DNA from: Andalucia godoyi And28
Lineage: Eukaryota; Protista; Jakobida
Length of the DNA stretch: 64,000 bases
NCBI GenBank assembly: GCA_009859145.1
Contig: VRVR01000010.1
Span: 35,211-99,210, forward strand
Reading direction: 5' to 3'
Shown here: positions 10,515 to 21,281 of the stretch, piece after piece
How the letters are laid out: each line of letters opens with the position of its first letter
Numbering within the stretch: the first letter of the stretch is position 1
Notes under the pieces: generated by a model
Told to the model about the DNA's origin: nothing
Database searches by the model: none
Seen by the model: the letters and a program-made list of their open reading frames with translations, nothing else
Translations under genes and position numbers: made by a program

Positions 10515-11579
10515 TCTACTCGGGTATGGGGAACGCAACGGAACGTCCCGGGTAATTTTTGGTGAAAACAACGAGAGCAATATGGAAATAAAGAAGGTAC
10601 AAAGGAAGATTTAAAATATAATAATCCAAAGGCAGAAATGAAAAAACGAAAAAATTTAGTGGGAAATTCCCAATGGTGGGGGGAAGGAAATGTCAGCGTC
10701 ATTGTCATGGGGGATGTTAGAATTTGCTTTGGATGCACTACGGACGTTGGAGAATTCACGGATTGCTTGCAATGCGCTTGTGCTGGAGAGCCGTTCGATC
10801 CAATCGACGCAACGACCATCACTGCTCTAACAATGCACTGGCAATGGGGGAATTTCAAACGGGGTCGCACAGCTCATCGTCACAGACAGCTTCACTCTTC
10901 TTGAATTAAAGCACTTTTACTAGCACAGACGTTCGCAAAATGTCGAATTCGTTGCTCCTTGTGGAACCACGTGGCCGGAGACGTCGTGGAAAGTGCAGGT
11001 GTGAGTTGCCGGGGGGAAGCCGACCACCCGAAAGTCCTGCCCCCCTTCCCTCGCCCCTTGGTCCACTGAGGAGCAAAAACAATGGAAACGCTAATTTATA
11101 ATTATATTCACTCAAAAAAGAAAGGGTGCGGTACGACCACACGGTACCAAGCACCGGCGGTCAAGTTTGCTGGTGCTGGTTGTGTGGCGTGTTGATTGGC
11201 GGGTGGGGTGCGCTTCCATCTTTCCACCCCGTTCTCTAATCCCCGACTCCAACTTTTCGTTGCAAATCTTGACGCTTGGTTCCCCATTTCTTCGCATCCT
11301 TCGTCTTTTTGTGCATCGAGTAGAACTAGTGCTGATCAACCTTGCCATCCATTACTTGCCAGGATCTTTTGCGGGGTACATTTTTATTTCGATTTTCGCC
11401 ACTTCTTTTCCGTTTCTTTTTCCTTTCCTATTTTGTTTGCTTCTCGATTCTTCTCTGTAGTTTTCACCCCCCCCATCAAATAACATCTACCAGAAACGGA
11501 GCAGACCACAAAAAAAAAAAAAACAAAGACACAGAGAAAGGGAAAAGAAGAAGAAGAAGAAGAAGAAGAAGGAAAAAAG

Positions 11580-12590
11580 ATGGTCAAGGACGACGAAGCG
11601 ATTACGACAATCTTGGTAACTGGAGGCTGTGGCTTCATTGGTTCTCATCTTGTAGAAACTGTCTTGTCTCAGCATCCTACGTGGCGCATTCGGATTATCG
11701 ATAACTTGCGAACTGGAAAACCGGAGAACGCTGCGTGGTTTGAAAAGGAGCCGAATGTGAAGGTTGTAATCGGATCAATTCTCGACCGACAGCTTGTGGC
11801 GCAGTGTGTTGCCGGCGTAGACTACATATTTCACTTTGCTGCTTTCATCAGTGTGCCCGAATCCATGAGCAATCCGCTGGAATGCGTGCAGATCAACACA
11901 GAAGGCACGATTGTGCTGTTGGAAGAGGCGGCCAAGGCCAAAGTGAAGAAGTTTATGTTTTCATCCACGTCCGCCGTGTACGGAGCATCCGAAGAGTCTC
12001 CAAAGAAGGAGGCCATGTCGCCCACGTGTTTGTCTCCCTACGGAATGACGAAGGCCGACGGAGAGTTTTACACACAGATGTTCAACCATGCAGGAAAGGT
12101 CCCTGGCGTTGTGTTGCGATATTTTAATGTATTCGGACCTCGACAGGACCCAAACTCGCAATATGCAGCAGTCATCCCCGCATTCGTGTCACTGGCGGTC
12201 CAGGGAAGGGACCTCAATATTTTCGGAGACGGCGAGCAAACCAGAGATTTTGTGAGTGTCAAGGACATCGTGAGCGCAAACTTGCACGCCGCAAAAACGG
12301 AGTCAATGAACGGAAAGATCTTCAACGTTGGGTACGGCAAAGCAGTGTCCGTCAATTCCCTTGCTAAACAAATCTTTGAGATCGTCGAAAGGCGAACAGG
12401 AAAGCCGGTGGAATCAAGGATCGTGAATCACCCACCACGGAGCGGAGACACCAAACACTCCATGGCCGACGTATCGAGATTATTTGCAACTGGATGGGAG
12501 CCCACGTACTCTTTCGAGACGGCAATGGAAGAAACGGTCGACTACTTTCTCAAACTCCACGGAAAGGTGATGAGTGGAACGCACGCCTAA
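11580..12590 (+). CDS. NAD-dependent nucleotide-sugar epimerase (UDP-Glc/GlcNAc 4-epimerase, WbpP/GalE-like extended SDR)
   Basis: TGGCGFIGSHL, IFHFAAFISVPES, SSTSAVYG, SPYGMTK (YxxxK), LRYFNVFGPRQDPNSQYAAVIP, IFGDGEQTRDFVSV. Confidence 0.9.
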   Translation: MVKDDEAITTILVTGGCGFIGSHLVETVLSQHPTWRIRIIDNLRTGKPENAAWFEKEPNVKVVIGSILDRQLVAQCVAGVDYIFHFAAFISVPESMSNPLECVQINTEGTIVLLEEAAKAKVKKFMFSSTSAVYGASEESPKKEAMSPTCLSPYGMTKADGEFYTQMFNHAGKVPGVVLRYFNVFGPRQDPNSQYAAVIPAFVSLAVQGRDLNIFGDGEQTRDFVSVKDIVSANLHAAKTESMNGKIFNVGYGKAVSVNSLAKQIFEIVERRTGKPVESRIVNHPPRSGDTKHSMADVSRLFATGWEPTYSFETAMEETVDYFLKLHGKVMSGTHA

Positions 12591-12757
12591 CTAATCGCTC
12601 CATGTCCCCACTCCATCAGCTGATGTGATCTGTCATCTGTCCTGCAAAAGACGGGACCTTCTCTCGATAACGTAAACATGTATTTCCCCCGCCTTTGTGC
12701 CGAAAGGACTCCAGAGTGGATCCGAGAACAGATTTTTTCTTTCTTCACACTGCGCAG

Positions 12758-14704
12758 TTATCGAGAAAAGCTGGAAGTCGACGGGCTCTGCGGGCTCGTT
12801 TGAAAACGATCATACGACCACAGCGACATGCTGTGCGGAGAATTGCCGAGATGTCCATTGCTCGGAGCAGACGGGGCAAAAAAGAGATCATACATCGGCT
12901 GTGTGGGCTGACCTTGGGAAGGAGATCCGGAGGCAGATACATCAAAGGACAGCAGATTCGCAAGCGGGTCCCGATTCGTGGCAGCTTGATCGAATGGAGA
13001 CAAGCTACCAGACGCACCAACTGCAGAAAGCCCGTGCACGGAATTCCAAACAGAGACTTCGACTGGAGGGGGGGCATCGAAGCTCAGGTCCTCCATCGTT
13101 TGGAACAGCATGACATCTTCCGCGTCGTCATCATCGTCATCATCATCATCATCTCTGTCACTGCATTCACCCTTGTCGTTGTCGTTGTTGTCGATGACAG
13201 TTCCATTCCCATCACCAGCATTGTTCATGTCCGCATCGTCATCGCCGCTGATGAGTTTCATATTTGTGTCACGGTGTGGTTCGCCATGGTGGTCAACCGC
13301 GTCGTTGTCGTTTGTGTGACGAGGCTTCGCAACAGAGGCAGAAGAGGACTCCAAAGACACTTCCACGGACTCATCAATGCACGGAGCCATCGGTTCTTCC
13401 GGTTTCGACAACGTCCATGCAACATCCGCAACTGTTGCGAACGCCTCCAATACTTCCCAGTCCGAATTCCGACGCAAATTCTCCCAGTTCACGCCTTTGA
13501 AAGCCCGCAGCGTGCGTCTGTACCGCAGATCTTCTTCGCGCTCCCGAGCCACTCCGTCCTCAAGGACATCCTTGATGAAACGCGAACTACTCAGGAAAAC
13601 AGCGTCCTGCTTGGAGTGCAGGGCAGAAACAATCAGCACCAAACACGAGAGCTTGCGATACTGGCAATAGATTGCAAACAGTGTATCCACCAGCCTCTGT
13701 GCAATGGGACGCAACATCTCAGTGTGCGAGAGCTGGGTCGTAGAAAGCTGCAAGCAATACACCGCCAAAAGCGTGATTTTCTCGTTCTCCAGCACAGGGT
13801 CCAGTGCGGAGATGTGTTTCCTCGAAGACACCTTGGCAACTTGCACATCGCCTGACTGCATCTCACAGTCCTTCTCGTTTTCTTCCGAATCCGAAGATGA
13901 GGCAGAAGAAACGGGCTGCGAATCCGCCGTGCTCACGGCATTGAGTTTGGTGATCAGGTATGTCGCAAGGTCTCGGAGATATGCATCAAATTTGTCGAAG
14001 GACACTCTTGTGTAAAAAACAGACATGAGCTTGAGCATCGGGTGCTGCATCGGTTTTGCAAACAGCGTCAGAAGATTCTGATCTGCATTCTCAAACAAGT
14101 GCGTGACGTTCAGCGCAAACACATAGTAGAAACATGCGTTGAAATCATCCCTTCTCAAAGCAGCAATCACACCCAGTTGATTCTTTGCCATGCCAAAATT
14201 CGGAACGAGATCCGATGCTCGCTGATAATGTCTTTCTGCATAGTGGAACTCCGCAGTCCTCTTGTGCGAAATGGAGTCTGCAAGATACTTCTCCCTATAC
14301 CGCGCAAGATCTCCTCTGTAAACCTCGACTTTTGCAGCCAGCAGACGATGGGTGTTATTTTGGAGGTCGAATTTCCGAACAAGATCCGTCAAGAATGCAG
14401 ATCCGACTTCCACGAAATCGAGAAACATAGATCTCCGCTCCACTTTCAAATGCTCCGAAAGCGATCTGAAGTCCTCTATGCACTTGTAGAAGGTGAGTCT
14501 CCACATCTGCAACAGCACGTCTTTCGACTGCGTAAGCTTGGGGTCAGATATCACAATCTTACCAAGCTTCGACCGGAGATGCGCAACCCGAGTCTGGACA
14601 GCAGGATCAAACCATGATCCTTTACGCCCGGCCATATCCTTCAGTTCAGTCCCAAGCGCCACACATTCTTTTAGTGCTTCACGTGCATCAAAGGCGTTGG
14701 ACAT
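12758..14704 (-). CDS. EST1/SMG7-family (14-3-3-like TPR) NMD or telomerase factor, no PIN domain
   Basis: LWRL.FY-type segment (QMWRLTFYKCIE), YRGDLARYRE, AERHYQRASDLVPNFGMAKNQLGVIA, FYYVFAL; disordered acidic C-terminus. ATG 14704 (MSNAF). Confidence 0.85.
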   Translation of the reverse strand: MSNAFDAREALKECVALGTELKDMAGRKGSWFDPAVQTRVAHLRSKLGKIVISDPKLTQSKDVLLQMWRLTFYKCIEDFRSLSEHLKVERRSMFLDFVEVGSAFLTDLVRKFDLQNNTHRLLAAKVEVYRGDLARYREKYLADSISHKRTAEFHYAERHYQRASDLVPNFGMAKNQLGVIAALRRDDFNACFYYVFALNVTHLFENADQNLLTLFAKPMQHPMLKLMSVFYTRVSFDKFDAYLRDLATYLITKLNAVSTADSQPVSSASSSDSEENEKDCEMQSGDVQVAKVSSRKHISALDPVLENEKITLLAVYCLQLSTTQLSHTEMLRPIAQRLVDTLFAIYCQYRKLSCLVLIVSALHSKQDAVFLSSSRFIKDVLEDGVAREREEDLRYRRTLRAFKGVNWENLRRNSDWEVLEAFATVADVAWTLSKPEEPMAPCIDESVEVSLESSSASVAKPRHTNDNDAVDHHGEPHRDTNMKLISGDDDADMNNAGDGNGTVIDNNDNDKGECSDRDDDDDDDDDDAEDVMLFQTMEDLSFDAPPPVEVSVWNSVHGLSAVGASGSLSPFDQAATNRDPLANLLSFDVSASGSPSQGQPTQPMYDLFFAPSAPSNGHLGNSPHSMSLWSYDRFQTSPQSPSTSSFSR

Positions 14705-14767
14705 GCAAACTCGACACAAAGTCAAAAAATAATTTTTATAATTTTTAAAAAAATACAAAGGACAGGA

Positions 14768-14815
14768 AAGAAGAGGAAACGAAAGGAAACGAAAGGAAAC
14801 GAAAGGAAACGAAAG
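14768..14815. repeat. GAAAGGAAAC decamer tandem (~4 copies)
   Basis: Direct read. Confidence 0.85.
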
Positions 14816-15225
14816 TGAACAGCAACAGTGGGAAAAAGCAATCACGTGAGAGAGTGGAGAGATATGCATGCATCATGCACCGATGTGTAAACCCTAAACA
14901 GTTGTGGTCCCCATTTGTCCGCAAATTGCGTCTCAACACGAAAAATTGCAAGAGGACCTGCTTCACTCCGCTCACTCTCTCTCTCTCTCTCACACACACA
15001 CAAACACTTCTCTCGTTCTCTTGTTTTATTTCTTTCTGTTTCGTTGTGTGCAGAGGTATGATCGTCACGTTCTTACTTTCGTAATATCAGTTCTGTGCAC
15101 AAGTGGTCTTTTTTTGCGTGGTCTTTTTTTGCGTGGTTTTATCGAGGTAGCAACACAGCTTTCGGTTAAGGGTCAAATAAGAAGGAAAGGGGATACAACG
15201 ATACAGCGTGATAACTTTTCTCTGA

Positions 15226-16584
15226 ATGTATTCGTTATTTTCGAGACGATTCATTCGCTCTTGCATTTCACATCGCTCCTTCGCTTCTGCCGTTGCTGCA
15301 TCGGTCAGGTCTCCGTTATTCCCGGATGTTGCACAAGGATCTCTTCCATGCTCTTCGAACCAAACACGGCGTCCCTTTCCTGCGGAAATCAACCGCAAAT
15401 CGAGCAGTCGTCCGGGGCTGATCAGTGTTCCCGAGTCGTGTACTCCGCAGTCTCAGCTGAAGGTCCGTGGTTTGTCCTCACGAAAAGTGCTTTTCCATGC
15501 GTCGGAAATTGGCAGGCTGGTGGGCCACCACAGAAAACGTGCTCCTGAAGAAGCTTTGGATGCTGTGATCATGAGACAGCTGGGACAGCGGCTTTCTGTG
15601 AGGCGGGAAGAAGCAAGATTGCTTGCTGATGCGGCGGTGGCGCTGAACTCTTCTCTGCGGAAAAAGGGAATTTCGATGCCGATGCCAGTGTACTTACCGG
15701 AAGACGCTGCGAACGAGTTCAGGAACGCGATGGATGGACCGTCGATGTGTTCGTCTTCGTTGCGGAATACTGCATCCCCCCCGTTAACTGCCTGCACGGA
15801 AGCTGATGCAAGCAGTCAGCTTCATGTTTCCCCTATTCCCGTTCCCAAGTCGTCAAGGGACATCGTGGAGTGGACGGCCCTTATGGACGAGGCTCTGTTG
15901 ACCGCGGGGGAGACAATCCCTGCCGACTATGCAAAGTTCCTGAGATCATCTTCTGTAGAATCGGCCTGCAAACTGTACGGAACGGAGAACGAAAAGGAGG
16001 CACTGTGCGTGATTGAGAAGGATCTGCAAATGGTGCTGGAAAAGGACCGCAGGGAGTTGGCTGGTGCACTGTGGCTTGGTGAGACCTGGGGCGTGTGTGG
16101 AAGGCTGGATGCTGTTACTCTGGACAGACACACCATTGTGGAGGTCAAATGCCGCATTTCCCGCATTTTCGAAAACCTTCCTCTCTACGAATACATCCAG
16201 GTCCAGTCTTATCTGCACATGTTTCCAGATTCCATGAATGCTCTTGTTGTGCAGTACATCCCGGATACTCGGGAGCAGTCCATTTTTTCAGTTCCCCGCG
16301 ATACATCCTTTTGGAATACCTGCGTAGATCGGTTGCAAGGTGTGGCGCAGGTTGTACAGCGCATTCTTGCGATGGAGGAAAAGGAACCGAAGTGCTTTTC
16401 ATCCAAGCCCATCCACCGTCGAATGGAGATGATCACCTGTGAATTTGCGTATCTGGATCTTGACTGGTTTTTCGAACAACGCTTTGGACTTTCAAAGCGT
16501 CCGCAGTCGCTGCCTTTACCGTTCTCCTTGTCCTCACTTGTGAAGAACGCCTCTTCGAGATCGCATCAGAATGCCAGAGCATGA
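15226..16584 (+). CDS. YqaJ/lambda-exonuclease-like PD-(D/E)xK nuclease with putative mitochondrial leader
   Basis: FHASEIGRLVG (motif I), YGTENEKEA (motif II), CGRLDAV...IVEVKCR (PD-(D/E)xK), YEYIQVQSYL (QxxxY); N-terminus MYSLFSRRFIRSCISHRSFASA is Arg/Ser-rich and has no acidic residues. Confidence 0.75.
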   Translation: MYSLFSRRFIRSCISHRSFASAVAASVRSPLFPDVAQGSLPCSSNQTRRPFPAEINRKSSSRPGLISVPESCTPQSQLKVRGLSSRKVLFHASEIGRLVGHHRKRAPEEALDAVIMRQLGQRLSVRREEARLLADAAVALNSSLRKKGISMPMPVYLPEDAANEFRNAMDGPSMCSSSLRNTASPPLTACTEADASSQLHVSPIPVPKSSRDIVEWTALMDEALLTAGETIPADYAKFLRSSSVESACKLYGTENEKEALCVIEKDLQMVLEKDRRELAGALWLGETWGVCGRLDAVTLDRHTIVEVKCRISRIFENLPLYEYIQVQSYLHMFPDSMNALVVQYIPDTREQSIFSVPRDTSFWNTCVDRLQGVAQVVQRILAMEEKEPKCFSSKPIHRRMEMITCEFAYLDLDWFFEQRFGLSKRPQSLPLPFSLSSLVKNASSRSHQNARA

Positions 16585-16914
16585 TTGGTGTGGATACGCG
16601 CTTCTCGGGAGCGTCATATGTGAGGATGACCCTGAGTTTTCCATGTGTTGTGGAGAATGTTTTAATTTTGACGGAAGTGAGATTGTGTTGCGAGGTTGGA
16701 GATGAGCGGCAGCCCCCCCCCCCCCCCCCAGAGCACGGGGCAATGGCGTTCTCTTCTTGTCATCAATGTCCAATTGCGCAGGTATGTACAGAGCCGAAAT
16801 CGGCAAAAGCTGACGACTGGAGCCAGGTTGCCAGATGAATGTAAATACAATTAGAAAGTAGTATTAAATAGAGGGATCTTGTGCGTGCGCGCGCAAGCGT
16901 GGATGTGAGAGCGA

Positions 16915-18429
16915 TCACTTGTGCAAAAGTGGTGGCCAGGAGGCGTACTTGTTTCCGTGCGAAGGTGTCGACCGTCCGGAGTCTTCTCGGGAAACAGTCT
17001 TGGAAGATGTCTGGTCCTCAGGCACCGTTGCTTCTCCGGGAATGGTCCCCATGCTGGAAGGCGAGCCCTTCAGAAGATCTTTGACACTCGCGCTGCTGCT
17101 CGTTCGATCTCGGAATTTGCGCGACTGCAGCATTGCGGGTGTTGCATCTTTTGAGCGGGAGCCTGCCGATGCGTGGGGAAGGACGATAACAGCAGGAGCT
17201 GGAGGAGTGATGGTCCCGAGACGTCCACCGAGACTCAGGACATCCGCGGAGGATTTCGAGTGTTTGTCCTTTGCGAGCGTCGGAGACTCCATCGCGGATA
17301 GCTCGTGCCGAGCAGACACCAGCGCTGCACGGGATCGCAAAGCAGCCATTCGTTCAGAAAATGCATCGCCTCGCGAAGACTGTGACGCCGACTGTGTCTG
17401 AGAAGGTGCGTGCGACTGCATCGAATCCGCGCGGGGAGACGTTGCAGAGGACCGCATGTTGTACGATTGATATGTCTCCTGAGTGCCTCCAATCTCATCG
17501 GACGGATGGAGCCGAGAGACTAGAGCTTGCAATTGGGCGTCAATCTTGCCAAGATCAAAAGCAGTCTTGTCAAGCAGCAGATCCGCCGCTGACGAATCAT
17601 TCTTTTGGTCTGCAGCAAACGACACTTGCGTACTGATGAATTTCGAATCTGGATTCGGATCTGAAGCGTGGTCCTCAGGACGCTCTGCATTGCTCGGCGC
17701 ACCAGCACCATCCGTACTCCTTCTTTGCTGAAGCGGAAGCAGGTCTGGCGCATCGGACGTCGCGTGTGCCTGTTTCATCAGCTTTGCCGACGAGGCAAGT
17801 TCCCCCGCAAGCACGCTTTCCATCGATATGCGCAGTGCTTTAAGTTTGGAAATTGTTTCTTTTCGCGGCCGAACACTTGCACACCGCTTTTCCACAGCAG
17901 CAATGTGTGCCAAATCATCGACGACCACTCGCAACTGCGCACACAACACGGGATCCCATTGTTGGCTCATGAGCTGCGTTTGCAAGTCCGTCCTTCTCGA
18001 AAACCCGTCAATTTCCAATCGCGGGATTGCGACTTCAGGCTTCGAAGTCTTTGTGAACTTCTGCGAATGCGACATGAGTGCATCTCGTGTAAGTTTTGGC
18101 TTTGTGCAGAAGACCACCTCTTCTACACTCTCCCGATCAAGCACTGATGCAGATGCCGCCGCCGCCGTCGTTGCTGCTGTCGTTTGTCGCCTTTGCTGTT
18201 GTGGTGTTTCGTTCAGCACAATCGAGTCCAAACTGTCATCCAATTCTGCAAGCTGGATCAAGCCTAGGCCCTGGGGCTGCTCGCCATCCAGCGCATTGGG
18301 CATCTGTGCCTCCTGTAATTGAGAAACCGGCAACGGCTGGTCCTCGGGAAGCTGGGCTTCCGCCCGGGACACAACTCGAGTCCACTCTTCATGCGTGACA
18401 TGCCGCTCCAGACGACCTCGCCTTTGCAT
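16915..18429 (-). CDS. Hypothetical protein (504 aa), coiled-coil and low complexity
   Basis: Long ORF with ATG start flanked by microsatellite spacer; no family recognised. Confidence 0.65.
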   Translation of the reverse strand: MQRRGRLERHVTHEEWTRVVSRAEAQLPEDQPLPVSQLQEAQMPNALDGEQPQGLGLIQLAELDDSLDSIVLNETPQQQRRQTTAATTAAAASASVLDRESVEEVVFCTKPKLTRDALMSHSQKFTKTSKPEVAIPRLEIDGFSRRTDLQTQLMSQQWDPVLCAQLRVVVDDLAHIAAVEKRCASVRPRKETISKLKALRISMESVLAGELASSAKLMKQAHATSDAPDLLPLQQRRSTDGAGAPSNAERPEDHASDPNPDSKFISTQVSFAADQKNDSSAADLLLDKTAFDLGKIDAQLQALVSRLHPSDEIGGTQETYQSYNMRSSATSPRADSMQSHAPSQTQSASQSSRGDAFSERMAALRSRAALVSARHELSAMESPTLAKDKHSKSSADVLSLGGRLGTITPPAPAVIVLPHASAGSRSKDATPAMLQSRKFRDRTSSSASVKDLLKGSPSSMGTIPGEATVPEDQTSSKTVSREDSGRSTPSHGNKYASWPPLLHK

Positions 18430-18511
18430 GCGTCCGCCGAAAACCCCAATTCAGATTCCAATTCAATATATATATATATATATAATAACAACACTATTAG
18501 ACGATGAAATC

Positions 18512-18628
<117 letters not shown>

Positions 18629-19506
18629 ATGAAATACCCAAACAAGAAATCAACAAATCGCAATGACAGAAAGAAGAGAGAAAGAATTACAACAATAACA
18701 ATAATAATAAAACCGAGATTATTGAATGAATTCCCCCAATAGCTGGATATGAAAGGTTGATTTTTGATTGAGTCCGCGCTGTTTTGATAGCACGTTTTGT
18801 GCCTCTTCTCAGGGCGGACGCACTTACATAAAGAACAAAAAGAATCCGGGAAAACGTTTCATGAAATGTCCGGCAAGAAGGCGTTCTTCATGCACTTTAT
18901 CCGCATTCATCGTAATAAAAGTATTTTCATGAGTGCTCTCTACGCGAGATTTCCAACTCGCTTGGACTAGGAATGCCCTGATGGATTCCGATACAGGGAG
19001 ACGGCGGCCGGACCGACAAACGGTCATCGCGGCCCACGCAGCGGCGGTCAGATGGACATCTCACTGTGGTAAAATGTCTCAAACTCCCCCCTGGGGCACG
19101 AAAACGCGCACGACGCAGCGCCGGACTCTCGAGCATCCGCATGCGCAGCACTTCTTGGTCGCGCAGTACTCGTCGGATGGAGGGACACAGGCACCGCACG
19201 CTCACCTCTCACACCAGCGGGGGCAAACGACCCGTCGACGAATGGCGGTTTTTCACCACATGCACCATCAGGTCACGATAGCATTAAAAGAGACGAAGAA
19301 AGCACGCAAGCAACAGCAACTAAATTAAAATTTCAACCCGAACGAAGACGAAAAAGAAGACAACAGATGACGAAAACAAAAACAAAAACAAAAACAAAAA
19401 ACAACAGACAATTGGAAAAGGAAAGCGGTCCTAAGAATGGAAATGTCGAAATTTCTCAATTGAATTTTATGAAAAGCGCTCTTATTGGTTCGTTCTTTTG
19501 GTTTTT

Positions 19507-19519
19507 GTGTGTCTTGTGT

Positions 19520-19558
<39 letters not shown>
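19507..19558. repeat. (GT)n microsatellite
   Basis: Direct read. Confidence 0.9.
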
Positions 19559-19562
<4 letters not shown>

Positions 19563-19652
19563 TTTTTGTTTGAAGGAACTGCTAATTCATACGCTTCATT
19601 TCATTATCTAGTTGAATTGGTTATATATATTATTACTATTGTTTTGGGGGGA

Positions 19653-21281
19653 ATGAGTAAAGAGGACCGGGTGTTGTCGACGAATACAATGGCGGCGGTG
19701 TCTTTAAAGAAGAGCCAAGTGCTGTCGCTTCGAGATGCGTCGTTGTCGCTGGTTCCGACGGTCCAAAGAGACACGGGTCAGTATGTTCGTCCTTCGGGGT
19801 CTGCAACGGAGACCATGCTTGCGCAGACGATGGAGCAGGTGAATTCGATTGTCGATGACCAGCGTCACAAGCATGGGTTTTCGATTGTTCCGCAGAGCAT
19901 TCCATCTGGAAGCCAGGCCGTGCAGTATGTGCAAGTGAAGGCGGCAGAAGGTTCGTACCGACCAGAAGGAACACCGGATACGAGGCTTGTGAAGGTAGTG
20001 CAGACACAGATGGATCCCTTGAATCCGCCTTCGTTTCGCAACAAGAAAAAACTTGTTCGGCCCGCTTCTCCGCCTGCAGTTGTGCTATCAGGATCCTCTT
20101 CCTATGCCAATGCGCTGGTGGATGGAGGTGGGTCGATGACGGTGGAACAGAGGCATGCTGCAAAGCAAAAAGAGCGGGAGGAAAAGGAAATGTGGAAAGT
20201 CCCGCCTGCAGTTTCCAACTGGAAGAATAGAAAGGGCCATATTGTTCCTCTGCACCACCGACTGGCTCTGGATGGCCGCAGATTGGACGACATGGGTGCA
20301 TTACTGATTGAGGGCACCCAGGATGGACAGCACGAAACTCCCATTGAGCGATTCGCCAATCTCAGCGAAGCATTGAGCATTGCATCTGCAAAGGCGCGTG
20401 AGGAACTGCAGGAACGCGAAAAAATAGAAGTGCAAATTGCGGTCAAGGAAAAACAGCGAGAAGAAGAAGACCTTCGGAAGTTACGTCTTGCTGCTGCTGC
20501 TGCTGCTCAGCAACATCAGCAACGTCATCAGCATCAGCAACATCAAGATCGTTACCACGGTCACCATGCGGATGAAGGTCAAAGGAGGGGTGAGGGGAGC
20601 GGCGTTCGACTGCGGATTGCAGACCTGGATGATGAGAGAGACCGGACGGATCACGAACAGCATCAGCGAGCGGGAAGAGGAGGTCGTCGGGAAGAACGTT
20701 ATTATGGTCGTTCCCGTGGCGACGGTGGTGATGAGGATTACAACGAGCGTGGCGGTGCTGGTGCTGACGAAGAGCAGGAGAGGAGGCATCGAGACAGGAT
20801 CCGAGAGGATCGACGGAGGGATCGAGAGAATCTTCGGCGCCATAAGATTAACGAAAGAGAGCGAGATTACACAGAAGAAGTGGCTCTGGCAAGTGGCCGT
20901 GGATCCTCGGTGTCCAGCATTCGCAATGCAAGCATTGGCGACTTATCTGTTGTAGGAGACAGCGTACGAGTCGATGCGAATGGGAATGGGGATGGGGACC
21001 ACGAACGGGCGTACGCTGGGAATCTTGCTTCTTCTTCCGCAGCCGGGTCCTCGGCTTCATCCCGTGCTGGAGATCGCGTCACAGGGCTGTATGCTGGGTT
21101 GTCTCGTGGTCGGCCTGTGGAGTTTGTTGATGCAGAGCAGGCTGCCCGAACCGAGGTCCGTGATACCGATGCAGATGAACTGGGCATGAAGGACAGGAAG
21201 AGAAGTCGAGGATTTTCGAGTGTCGATGCAGATGATTCGGAGAACTTTTCAAAGCGCCGTAGACCGGTGGAAAGCAAGTAA
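19653..21281 (+). CDS. SNW1: SNW1/SKIP (Prp45) spliceosomal protein
   Basis: Q.DP..PP.F (QMDPLNPPSF), WKVPPAVSNWKNRKGHIVPLHHRLALDGR, RFANLSEALSIA, RDYTEEVAL, GRPVEF. Confidence 0.95.
   Translation: MSKEDRVLSTNTMAAVSLKKSQVLSLRDASLSLVPTVQRDTGQYVRPSGSATETMLAQTMEQVNSIVDDQRHKHGFSIVPQSIPSGSQAVQYVQVKAAEGSYRPEGTPDTRLVKVVQTQMDPLNPPSFRNKKKLVRPASPPAVVLSGSSSYANALVDGGGSMTVEQRHAAKQKEREEKEMWKVPPAVSNWKNRKGHIVPLHHRLALDGRRLDDMGALLIEGTQDGQHETPIERFANLSEALSIASAKAREELQEREKIEVQIAVKEKQREEEDLRKLRLAAAAAAQQHQQRHQHQQHQDRYHGHHADEGQRRGEGSGVRLRIADLDDERDRTDHEQHQRAGRGGRREERYYGRSRGDGGDEDYNERGGAGADEEQERRHRDRIREDRRRDRENLRRHKINERERDYTEEVALASGRGSSVSSIRNASIGDLSVVGDSVRVDANGNGDGDHERAYAGNLASSSAAGSSASSRAGDRVTGLYAGLSRGRPVEFVDAEQAARTEVRDTDADELGMKDRKRSRGFSSVDADDSENFSKRRRPVESK

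Noticed and set aside
11030-11037. GAAAGTCC resembling RNase P/MRP CR-I
   Set aside because: No matching CR-V/P4 partner found downstream.
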